In this document: piece after piece, positions 1 to 5,386 of the stretch
How positions within the stretch are numbered: the stretch's first letter is position 1
How the letters are laid out: each line of letters begins with the position of its first letter
Sequence record: EF380025.1
DNA from: Escherichia phage phiX174
Length of the DNA: 5,386 bases
Direction: 5' to 3' (one strand)
Translations under genes and position numbers: made by a program
The notes under the pieces: model-generated
The model's database searches: none
Told to the model about the DNA's origin: nothing
Seen by the model: the letters and a program-made list of their open reading frames with translations, nothing else

Positions 1-51
1 GAGTTTTATCGCTTCCATGACGCAGAAGTTAACACTTTCGGATATTTCTGA
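1..51 (+). CDS. B: Internal scaffolding protein B, 3' terminal portion (wraps from 5075..5386); stop TGA at 49-51
   Basis: Frame continues GCA(5384-5386) then EFYRFHDAEVNTFGYF and TGA at 49-51; the stop overlaps the K start (TGATG). Confidence 0.93.
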   Translation, partial: EFYRFHDAEVNTFGYF

Positions 52-136
52 TGAGTCGAAAAATTATCTTGATAAAGCAGGAATTACTACTGCTTGTTTA
101 CGAATTAAATCGAAGTGGACTGCTGGCGGAAAATGA
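1..136 (+). CDS. A: Replication initiation protein A, 3' terminal portion (wraps from 3981..5386); stop TGA at 134-136
   Basis: Frame continues from codon 5385-5386-1 (CAG) with no stop until TGA at 134-136; the end is ...KSKWTAGGK. The stop overlaps the C start (ATGA at 133-136). Confidence 0.93.
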   Translation, partial: SFIASMTQKLTLSDISDESKNYLDKAGITTACLRIKSKWTAGGK

Positions 137-221
137 GAAAATTCGACCTATCCTTGCGCAGCTCGAGAAGCTCTTACTTTGCGACCTTTCGTCATCAACT
201 AACGATTCTGTCAAAAACTGA
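51..221 (+). CDS. K: Protein K (small nonessential membrane-associated protein), overlapping the end of A and the start of C
   Basis: ATG at 51, TGA at 219-221; translation MSRKIILIKQELLLLVYELNRSGLLAENEKIRPILAQLEKLLLCDLSSSTNDSVKN (56 aa), near-identical to phiX174 K. Confidence 0.9.
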   Translation: MSRKIILIKQELLLLVYELNRSGLLAENEKIRPILAQLEKLLLCDLSSSTNDSVKN

Positions 222-369
222 CGCGTTGGATGAGGAGAAGTGGCTTAATATGCTTGGCACGTTCGTCAAGGACTGGTTTAGATATGAGTCACATTTTGTT
301 CATGGTAGAGATTCTCTTGTTGACATTTTAAAAGAGCGTGGATTACTATCTGAGTCCGATGCTGTTTAA
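133..369 (+). CDS. C: Protein C (DNA packaging / ssDNA synthesis switch); 78 aa here, ending at TAA 367-369, which is 8 codons short of the canonical 86-aa C
   Basis: ATG at 133 (ATGA overlap with the A stop); ORF track 115..369 is in the same frame; translation MRKFDLSLRSSRSSYFATFRHQLTILSKTDALDEEKWLNMLGTFVKDWFRYESHFVHGRDSLVDILKERGLLSESDAV then TAA. Canonical phiX174 C continues QPLIGKKS to TGA at 391-393. Confidence 0.88.
   Translation: MRKFDLSLRSSRSSYFATFRHQLTILSKTDALDEEKWLNMLGTFVKDWFRYESHFVHGRDSLVDILKERGLLSESDAV
320..349 (+). promoter_or_regulatory. Promoter pD (sigma70-like), inside gene C upstream of D
   Basis: TTGACA at 320-325, 18-nt spacer, TACTAT at 344-349; predicted start near 356-358, consistent with the D mRNA start I recall for phiX174. 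Confidence 0.6.
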
Positions 370-389
370 CTATTAATAGGTAAGAAATC

Positions 390-848
390 ATGAGTCAAGT
401 TACTGAACAATCCGTACGTTTCCAGACCGCTTTGGCCTCTATTAAGCTCATTCAGGCTTCTGCCGTTTTGGATTTAACCGAAGATGATTTCGATTTTCTG
501 ACGAGTAACAAAGTTTGGATTGCTACTGACCGTTCTCGTGCTCGTCGCTGCGTTGAGGCTTGCGTTTATGGTACACTGGACTTTGTGGGATACCCTCGCT
601 TTCCTGCTCCTGTTGAGTTTATTGCTGCCGTCATTGCTTATTATGTTCATCCCGTTAACATTCAAACGGCCTGTCTCATCATGGAAGGCGCTGAATTTAC
701 GGAAAACATTATTAATTGCGTCGAGCGTCCGGTTAAAGCCGCTGAATTGTTCGCGTTTACCTTGCGTGTACGCGCAGGAAATACTGACGTTCTTACTGAC
801 GCAGAAGAAAACGTGCGTCAAAAATTACGTGCAGAAGGAGTGATGTAA
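390..848 (+). CDS. D: External scaffolding protein D
   Basis: ORF track 390..848, 152 aa; MSQVTEQSVRFQTALASIKLIQ... matches phiX174 D almost exactly (one difference recalled, Gly to Cys in NIINCVERP); AGGT Shine-Dalgarno-like motif at 378-381. Confidence 0.96.
   Translation: MSQVTEQSVRFQTALASIKLIQASAVLDLTEDDFDFLTSNKVWIATDRSRARRCVEACVYGTLDFVGYPRFPAPVEFIAAVIAYYVHPVNIQTACLIMEGAEFTENIINCVERPVKAAELFAFTLRVRAGNTDVLTDAEENVRQKLRAEGVM
568..843 (+). CDS. E: Lysis protein E (MraY inhibitor), fully embedded in D in the +1 frame
   Basis: ATG at 568 preceded by GAGG (555-558); 91 aa MVHWTLWDTLAFLLLLSLLLPSLLIMFIPLTFKRPVSSWKALNLRKTLLIASSVRLKPLNCSRLPCVYAQEILTFLLTQKKTCVKNYVQKE; stop TGA 841-843. The ORF track entry 520..843 is the same frame extended upstream to a TTG. 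The N-terminal transmembrane segment and Pro21 are intact. Confidence 0.93.
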   Translation: MVHWTLWDTLAFLLLLSLLLPSLLIMFIPLTFKRPVSSWKALNLRKTLLIASSVRLKPLNCSRLPCVYAQEILTFLLTQKKTCVKNYVQKE

Positions 849-964
849 TGTCTAAAGGTAAACAACGTTCTGGTGCTCGCCTTGGTCGTCCGCAGCCGTT
901 GCGAGGTACTAAAGGCAAGCGTAAAGGCGTTCGTCTTTGGTATGTAGGTGGTCAACAATTTTAA
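848..964 (+). CDS. J: Small basic DNA-binding (DNA packaging) protein J
   Basis: ATG at 848 overlapping the D stop (TAATG), AGGAG at 836-840; 38 aa MSKGKQRSGARLGRPQPLRGTKGKRKGVRLWYVGGQQF; TAA at 962-964. Below the ORF-track length cutoff. Confidence 0.92.
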   Translation: MSKGKQRSGARLGRPQPLRGTKGKRKGVRLWYVGGQQF

Positions 965-968
965 TTGC

Positions 969-984
969 AGGGGCTTCGGCCCCT
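969..984 (+). terminator. J-F intergenic stem-loop (T_J-type mRNA hairpin; weak terminator / stabilising element)
   Basis: AGGGGC (969-974), TTCG tetraloop (975-978), GCCCCT (979-984): a perfect 6-bp GC-rich stem. No following U-run, so termination would be partial. Confidence 0.7.
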
Positions 985-1000
985 TACTTGAGGATAAATT

Positions 1001-2284
1001 ATGTCTAATATTCAAACTGGCGCCGAGCGTATGTCGCATGACCTTTCCCATCTTGGCTTCCTTGCTGGTCAGATTGGTCGTCTTATTACCATTTCAACTA
1101 CTCCGGTTATCGCTGGCGACTCCTTCGAGATGGACGCCGTTGGCGCTCTCCGTCTTTCTCCATTGCGTCGTGGCCTTGCTATTGACTCTACTGTAGACAT
1201 TTTTACTTTTTATGTCCCTCATCGTCACGTTTATGGTGAACGGTGGATTCAGTTCATGAAGGATGGTGTTAATGCCACTCCTCTCCCGACTGTTAACACT
1301 ACTCGTTCTATTGATCATGCCGCTTTTCTTGGCACGATTAACCCTGATACCAATAAAATCCCTAAGCATTTGTTTCAGGGTTATTTGAATATCTATAACA
1401 ACTATTTTAAAGCGCCGTGGATGCCTGACCGTACCGAGGCTAACCCTAATGAGCTTAATCAAGATGATGCTCGTTATGGTTTCCGTTGCTGCCATCTCAA
1501 AAACATTTGGACTGCTCCGCTTCCTCCTGAGACTGAGCTTTCTCGCAAAATGACGACTTCTACCACATCTATTGACATTATGGGTCTGCAAGCTGCTTAT
1601 GCTAATTTTCATACTGACCAAGAACGTGATTACTTCATGCAGCGTTACCGTGATGTTATTTCTTCATTTGGAGGTAAAACCTCTTATGACGCTGACAACC
1701 GCCCTTTACTTGTCATGCGCTCTAATTTCTGGGCATCTGGCTATGATGTTGATGGAACTGACCAAACGTCGTTAGGCCAGTTTTCTGGTCGTGTTCAACA
1801 GACCTATAAACATTCTGTGCCGCGTTTCTTTGTTCCTGAGCATGGCACTATGTTTACTCTTGCGCTTGTTCGTTTTCCGCCTACTGCGACTAAAGAGATT
1901 CAGTACCTTAACGCTAAAGGTGCTTTGACTTATACCGATATTGCTGGCGACCCTGTTTTGTATGGCAACTTGCCGCCGCGTGAAATTTCTATGAAGGATG
2001 TTTTCCGTTCTGGTGATTCGTCTAAGAAGTTTAAGATTGCTGAGGGTCAGTGGTATCGTTATGCGCCTTCGTATGTTGCTCCTGTTTATCACCTTCTTGA
2101 AGGCTTCCCATTCATTCAGGAACCGCCTTCTGGTGATTTGCAAGCACGCGTACTTATTCGCCACCATGATTATGACCAGTGTTTCCAGTCCGTTCAGTTG
2201 TTGCAGTGGAATAGTCAGGTTAAATTTAATGTGACCGTTTATCGCAATCTGCCGACCACTCGCGATTCAATCATGACTTCGTGA
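1001..2284 (+). CDS. F: Major capsid protein F
   Basis: ORF track 1001..2284, 427 aa; GAGGA at 990-994; translation is collinear with phiX174 F over its full length, with roughly a dozen substitutions relative to my recollection. Confidence 0.97.
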   Translation: MSNIQTGAERMSHDLSHLGFLAGQIGRLITISTTPVIAGDSFEMDAVGALRLSPLRRGLAIDSTVDIFTFYVPHRHVYGERWIQFMKDGVNATPLPTVNTTRSIDHAAFLGTINPDTNKIPKHLFQGYLNIYNNYFKAPWMPDRTEANPNELNQDDARYGFRCCHLKNIWTAPLPPETELSRKMTTSTTSIDIMGLQAAYANFHTDQERDYFMQRYRDVISSFGGKTSYDADNRPLLVMRSNFWASGYDVDGTDQTSLGQFSGRVQQTYKHSVPRFFVPEHGTMFTLALVRFPPTATKEIQYLNAKGALTYTDIAGDPVLYGNLPPREISMKDVFRSGDSSKKFKIAEGQWYRYAPSYVAPVYHLLEGFPFIQEPPSGDLQARVLIRHHDYDQCFQSVQLLQWNSQVKFNVTVYRNLPTTRDSIMTS

Positions 2285-2315
2285 TAAAAGATTGAGTGTG
2301 AGGTTATAACGTCGA

Positions 2316-2343
2316 AGCGGTAAAAATTTTAATTTTTGCCGCT
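2316..2343 (+). promoter_or_regulatory. F-G intergenic hairpin (region of the primosome assembly site for complementary-strand synthesis and of terminator T_F)
   Basis: Near-perfect inverted repeat AGCGGTAAAAATT / AATTTTTGCCGCT (one G-T wobble) at 2316-2343, in the 110-nt F-G intergenic region, which is the largest noncoding stretch. Confidence 0.6.
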
Positions 2344-2394
2344 GAGGGGTTGACCAAGCGAAGCGCGGTAGGTTTTCTGCTTAGGAGTTTAATC

Positions 2395-2922
2395 ATGTTT
2401 CAGACTTTTATTTCTCGCCACAATTCAAACTTTTTTTCTGATAAGCTGGTTCTCACTTCTGTTACTCCAGCTTCTTCGGCACCTGTTTTACAGACACCTA
2501 AAGCTACATCGTCAACGTTATATTTTGATAGTTTGACGGTTAATGCTGGTAATGGTGGTTTTCTTCATTGCATTCAGATGGATACATCTGTCAACGCCGC
2601 TAATCAGGTTGTTTCTGTTGGTGCTGATATTGCTTTTGATGCCGACCCTAAATTTTTTGCTTGTTTGGTTCGCTTTGAGTCTTCTTCGGTTCCGACTACC
2701 CTCCCGACTGCCTATGATGTTTATCCTTTGGATGGTCGCCATGATGGTGGTTATTATACCGTCAAGGACTGTGTGACTATTGACGTCCTTCCCCGTACGC
2801 CGGGCAATAATGTTTATGTTGGTTTCATGGTTTGGTCTAACTTTACCGCTACTAAATGCCGCGGATTGGTTTCGCTGAATCAGGTTATTAAAGAGATTAT
2901 TTGTCTCCAGCCACTTAAGTGA
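2395..2922 (+). CDS. G: Major spike protein G
   Basis: ATG at 2395 preceded by AGGAG (2383-2387); 175 aa [28 protein letters not shown]... matches phiX174 G. The ORF track entry 2350..2922 is the same frame extended upstream to a TTG. Confidence 0.96.
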
Positions 2923-2930
2923 GGTGATTT

Positions 2931-3917
2931 ATGTTTGGTGCTATTGCTGGCGGTATTGCTTCTGCTCTTGCTGGTGGCGCCATGTCTAAATTGTTTGGAG
3001 GCGGTCAAAAAGCCGCCTCCGGTGGCATTCAAGGTGATGTGCTTGCTACCGATAACAATACTGTAGGCATGGGTGATGCTGGTATTAAATCTGCCATTCA
3101 AGGTTCTAATGTTCCTAACCATGATGAGGCCGCCCCTAATTTTGTTTCTGGTGCTATGGCTAAAGCTGGTAAAGGACATCTTGAAGGTACGTTGCAGGCT
3201 GTCACTTCTGCCGTTTCTGATAAGTTGCTTGATTTGGTTGGACTTGGTGGCAAGTCTGCCGTTGATAAAGGAAAGGATACTCGTGATTATCTTGCTGCTG
3301 CATTTCCTGAGCTTAATGCTTGGGAGCGTGCTGGTGCTAATGCTTCTTCTGCTGGTATGGTTGACGCCGGATTTGAGAATCAAAAAGAGCTTACTAAAAT
3401 GCAACTGGACAATCAGAAAGAGATTGCCGAGATGCAAAATGAGACTCAAAAAGAGATTGCTGGCATTCAGTCGGCGACTTCACGCCAGAATACGAAAGAC
3501 CAGGTATATGCACAAAATGAGATGCTTGCTTATCAACAGAAGGAGTCTACTGCTCGCGTTGCGTCTATTATGGAAAACACCAATCTTTCCAAGCAACAGC
3601 AGGTTTCCGAGATTATGCGCCAAATGCTTACTCAAGCTCAAACGGCTGGTCAGTATTTTACCAATGACCAAATCAAAGAAATGACTCGCAAGGTTAGTGC
3701 TGAGGTTGACTTAGTTCATCAGCAAACGCAGAATCAGCGGTATGGCTCTTCTCATATTGGCGCTACTGCAAAGGATATTTCTAATGTCGTCACTGATGCT
3801 GCTTCTGGTGTGGTTGATATTTTTCATGGTATTGATAAAGCTGTTGCCGATACTTGGAACAATTTCTGGAAAGACGGTAAAGCTGATGGTATTGGCTCTA
3901 ATTTGTCTAGGAAATAA
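2931..3917 (+). CDS. H: Minor spike / DNA pilot protein H
   Basis: ORF track 2931..3917, 328 aa; GAGG at 2921-2924; Gly/Ala-rich N-terminus [16 protein letters not shown] and the Q-rich coiled-coil region match phiX174 H. Confidence 0.96.
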   Translation: MFGAIAGGIASALAGGAMSKLFGGGQKAASGGIQGDVLATDNNTVGMGDAGIKSAIQGSNVPNHDEAAPNFVSGAMAKAGKGHLEGTLQAVTSAVSDKLLDLVGLGGKSAVDKGKDTRDYLAAAFPELNAWERAGANASSAGMVDAGFENQKELTKMQLDNQKEIAEMQNETQKEIAGIQSATSRQNTKDQVYAQNEMLAYQQKESTARVASIMENTNLSKQQQVSEIMRQMLTQAQTAGQYFTNDQIKEMTRKVSAEVDLVHQQTQNQRYGSSHIGATAKDISNVVTDAASGVVDIFHGIDKAVADTWNNFWKDGKADGIGSNLSRK

Positions 3918-3926
3918 TCGTCAGGA

Positions 3927-3955
3927 TTGACACCCTCCCAATTGTATGTTTTCAT
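3927..3955 (+). promoter_or_regulatory. Promoter pA candidate in the H-A intergenic region
   Basis: Perfect -35 TTGACA at 3927-3932; a weak -10-like hexamer (TTTCAT at 3950-3955, 17-nt spacer). The -10 assignment is uncertain. Confidence 0.45.
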
Positions 3956-3980
3956 GCCTCCAAATCTTGGAGGCTTTTTT
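3956..3980 (+). terminator. H-A intergenic hairpin plus T-run (T_H-type intrinsic terminator); the 3' arm contains the gene A Shine-Dalgarno sequence
   Basis: GCCTCCAA (3956-3963), loop ATC, TTGGAGGC (3967-3974), followed by TTTTTT (3975-3980), immediately before the A start codon at 3981. Confidence 0.75.
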
Positions 3981-5386
3981 ATGGTTCGTTCTTATTACCC
4001 TTCTGAATGTCATGCTGATTATTTTGACTTTGAGCGTATCGAGGCTCTTAAACCTGCTATTGAGGCTTGTGGCATTTCTACTCTTTCTCAATCCCCAATG
4101 CTTGGTTTCCATAAGCAGATGGATAACCGCATCAAGCTCTTGGAAGAGATTCTGTCTTTTCGTATGCAGGGCGTTGAGTTCGATAATGGTGATATGTATG
4201 TTGACGGTCATAAGGCTGCTTCTGACGTTCGTGATGAGTTTGTATCTGTTACTGAGAAGTTAATGGATGAATTGGCACAATGCTACAATGTGCTCCCCCA
4301 ACTTGATATTAATAACACTATAGACCACCGCCCCGAAGGGGATGAAAAATGGTTTTTAGAGAACGAGAAGACGGTTACGCAGTTTTGCCGCAAGCTGGTT
4401 GCTGAACGCCCTCTTAAGGATATTCGCGATGAGTATAATTACCCCAAAAAGAAAGGTATTAAGGATGAGTGTTCAAGATTGCTGGAGGCCTCCACTATGA
4501 AATCGCGTAGAGGCTTTACTATTCAGCGTTTGATGAATGCAATGCGACAGGCTCATGCTGATGGTTGGTTTATCGTTTTTGACACTCTCACGTTGGCTGA
4601 CGATCGATTAGAGGCGTTTTATGATAATCCCAATGCTTTGCGTGACTATTTTCGTGATATTGGTCGTATGGTTCTTGCTGCCGAGGGTCGTAAGGCTAAT
4701 GATTCACACGCCGACTGCTATCAGTATTTTTGTGTGCCTGAGTATGGTACAGCTAATGGCCGTCTTCATTTCCATGCGGTGCACTTTATGCGGACACTTC
4801 CTACGGGTAGCGTTGACCCTAATTTTGGTCGTCGGGTACGCAATCGCCGCCAGTTAAATAGCTTGCAAAATACGTGGCCTTATGGTTACAGTATGCCCAT
4901 CGCAGTTCGCTACACGCAGGACGCTTTTTCACGTTCTGGTTGGTTGTGGCCTGTTGATGCTAAAGGTGAGCCGCTTAAAGCTACCAGTTATATGGCTGTT
5001 GGTTTCTATGTGGCTAAATACGTTAACAAAAAGTCAGATATGGACCTTGCTGCTAAAGGTCTAGGAGCTAAAGAATGGAACAACTCACTAAAAACCAAGC
5101 TGTCGCTACTTCCCAAGAAGCTGTTCAGAATCAGAATGAGCCGCAACTTCGGGATGAAAATGCTTACAATGACAAATCTGTCCATGGAGTGCTTAATCCA
5201 ACTTACCAAGCTGGGTTACGACGCGACGTCGTTCAACCAGATATTGAAGCAGAACGCAAAAAGAGAGATGAGATTGAGGCTGGGAAAAGTTACTGTAGCC
5301 GACGTTTTGGCGGCGCAACCTGTGACGACAAATCTGCTCAAATTTATGCGCGCTTCGATAAAAATGATTGGCGTATCCAACCTGCA
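3981..5386 (+). CDS. A: Replication initiation protein A (HUH rolling-circle endonuclease), 5' portion; continues across the circular junction to 1..136 (513 aa in total)
   Basis: ATG at 3981 preceded by GGAGG (3969-3973). I translated the frame codon by codon to 5386 with no stop. HUH-type motif RLHFHAVHF and the paired catalytic tyrosines in YVAKYVNKK are present. The origin lies inside the gene. Missing from the ORF track only because it has no stop inside the linear window. Confidence 0.95.
   Translation, partial: MVRSYYPSECHADYFDFERIEALKPAIEACGISTLSQSPMLGFHKQMDNRIKLLEEILSFRMQGVEFDNGDMYVDGHKAASDVRDEFVSVTEKLMDELAQCYNVLPQLDINNTIDHRPEGDEKWFLENEKTVTQFCRKLVAERPLKDIRDEYNYPKKKGIKDECSRLLEASTMKSRRGFTIQRLMNAMRQAHADGWFIVFDTLTLADDRLEAFYDNPNALRDYFRDIGRMVLAAEGRKANDSHADCYQYFCVPEYGTANGRLHFHAVHFMRTLPTGSVDPNFGRRVRNRRQLNSLQNTWPYGYSMPIAVRYTQDAFSRSGWLWPVDAKGEPLKATSYMAVGFYVAKYVNKKSDMDLAAKGLGAKEWNNSLKTKLSLLPKKLFRIRMSRNFGMKMLTMTNLSMECLIQLTKLGYDATSFNQILKQNAKREMRLRLGKVTVADVLAAQPVTTNLLKFMRASIKMIGVSNL
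4299..4328 (+). other. Viral (+) strand origin of rolling-circle replication (30-nt A-protein recognition and nick site; nick between G4305 and A4306)
   Basis: Exact match to the canonical origin CAACTTGATATTAATAACACTATAGACCAC located inside gene A. Confidence 0.9.
4497..5386 (+). CDS. A*: Protein A* (internal in-frame start within A; continues across the junction to 1..136, 341 aa in total)
   Basis: In-frame ATG at 4497 (tcc act ATG aaa tcg) in the A reading frame, at the canonical phiX174 A* position. Assigned by established knowledge rather than an independent sequence signal. Confidence 0.8.
   Translation, partial: MKSRRGFTIQRLMNAMRQAHADGWFIVFDTLTLADDRLEAFYDNPNALRDYFRDIGRMVLAAEGRKANDSHADCYQYFCVPEYGTANGRLHFHAVHFMRTLPTGSVDPNFGRRVRNRRQLNSLQNTWPYGYSMPIAVRYTQDAFSRSGWLWPVDAKGEPLKATSYMAVGFYVAKYVNKKSDMDLAAKGLGAKEWNNSLKTKLSLLPKKLFRIRMSRNFGMKMLTMTNLSMECLIQLTKLGYDATSFNQILKQNAKREMRLRLGKVTVADVLAAQPVTTNLLKFMRASIKMIGVSNL
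4863..4892 (+). promoter_or_regulatory. Promoter pB candidate inside gene A upstream of B
   Basis: TTGCAA at 4863-4868, 18-nt spacer, TACAGT at 4887-4892. A weak match; placed here partly because phiX174 is known to have a B promoter inside A in this vicinity. Confidence 0.3.
5075..5386 (+). CDS. B: Internal scaffolding protein B, 5' portion; embedded in gene A in a different frame; continues across the junction to 1..51 (120 aa in total)
   Basis: ATG at 5075 preceded by AGGAG (5063-5067); frame open to 5386; translation MEQLTKNQAVATSQEAVQNQNEPQLRDENAYNDKSVHGVLNPTYQAGLRRDVVQPDIEAERKKRDEIEAGKSYCSRRFGGATCDDKSAQIYARFDKNDWRIQPA... matches phiX174 B. Confidence 0.95.
   Translation, partial: MEQLTKNQAVATSQEAVQNQNEPQLRDENAYNDKSVHGVLNPTYQAGLRRDVVQPDIEAERKKRDEIEAGKSYCSRRFGGATCDDKSAQIYARFDKNDWRIQPA

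Larger units (their letters stand above)
1..5386 (+). other. Complete phiX174-type microvirus genome (circular ssDNA phage), linearized at conventional position 1
   Basis: Length 5386 nt; opening sequence gagttttatcgcttccatgac matches the canonical phiX174 start; full gene order A-A*-B-K-C-D-E-J-F-G-H on one strand; A and B reading frames are open to the 3' end and terminate in frame at the 5' end. Confidence 0.95.

Noticed and set aside
115-132. Upstream extensions of C (from 115), E (from TTG 520) and G (from TTG 2350) suggested by the ORF track
   Set aside because: The canonical ATG starts at 133, 568 and 2395 have appropriately spaced Shine-Dalgarno motifs and match the known protein N-termini. 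The extensions are artefacts of longest-ORF calling with alternative start codons.
2285-2394. Possible small RNA gene or tRNA in the 110-nt F-G intergenic region
   Set aside because: The structure is a simple hairpin consistent with the known primosome assembly site and terminator region. There is no cloverleaf or other RNA-gene signature.
4954-4975. Alternative pB promoter candidate (TTGATG ... TAAAGC)
   Set aside because: Poor match to -10 consensus; retained only the TTGCAA/TACAGT candidate, and that at low confidence.
948-5064. Plus-strand alternate-frame ORFs (948..1196, 1572..1775, 1998..2234, 2543..2776, 3073..3684, 3742..3930, 3946..4263, 4621..4857, 4882..5064) as additional overlapping genes
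   Set aside because: All are +1-frame, Leu-rich products of codon composition. None corresponds to a known microvirus gene, and none has a convincing Shine-Dalgarno sequence. The general pattern is noted as a low-interest finding, not as a feature.
474-5209. Minus-strand ORFs from the track (474..821, 818..1051, 1094..1621, 1772..2167, 2518..2742, 2880..3449, 3480..3671, 3921..4211, 5006..5209)
   Set aside because: phiX174-type phages are transcribed only in the + sense. These ORFs lie antisense to established genes, have low-complexity Ser/Arg/Asn/Lys/Ile-rich composition typical of antisense frames of T-wobble-rich genes, and have no recognisable ribosome-binding site or promoter context.
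1-5386. A novel or previously undescribed biological system (defence system, toxin-antitoxin, CRISPR, mobile element cargo)
   Set aside because: The whole window is accounted for by the 11 canonical phiX174 genes and their known intergenic elements at canonical coordinates, with no indels. There is no unexplained coding capacity, no repeat-spacer array, and no tRNA or rRNA.

Overview
This window is a complete, linearized genome of a phiX174-type microvirus (Microviridae, circular ssDNA coliphage), 5386 nt, beginning at the conventional phiX174 coordinate 1. All eleven canonical genes (A, A*, B, K, C, D, E, J, F, G, H) lie on the + strand at the canonical coordinates, so there are no insertions or deletions relative to the phiX174 layout. 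Genes A, A* and B run off the 3' end with no stop and finish in frame at the 5' end (stops at 134-136 and 49-51), which shows the window is one full turn of a circular genome. The + strand origin of replication, the J-F, F-G and H-A intergenic hairpins, and promoter-like elements upstream of D and A are recognisable. I see no room for, and no evidence of, a novel or undescribed biological system: this is one of the best-characterised genomes known. The sequence is not identical to canonical phiX174 as I recall it; there are scattered point substitutions (protein differences in E, J, F, H, A, B, K, D, G). The most notable is a TAA stop that shortens gene C by 8 codons and removes the canonical C/D ATGA overlap. 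All comparisons to the reference are from memory and need an alignment to confirm. If this contig came from a sequencing project, phiX control carry-over or a close relative (S13-like or a wild phiX-clade isolate) should be considered.
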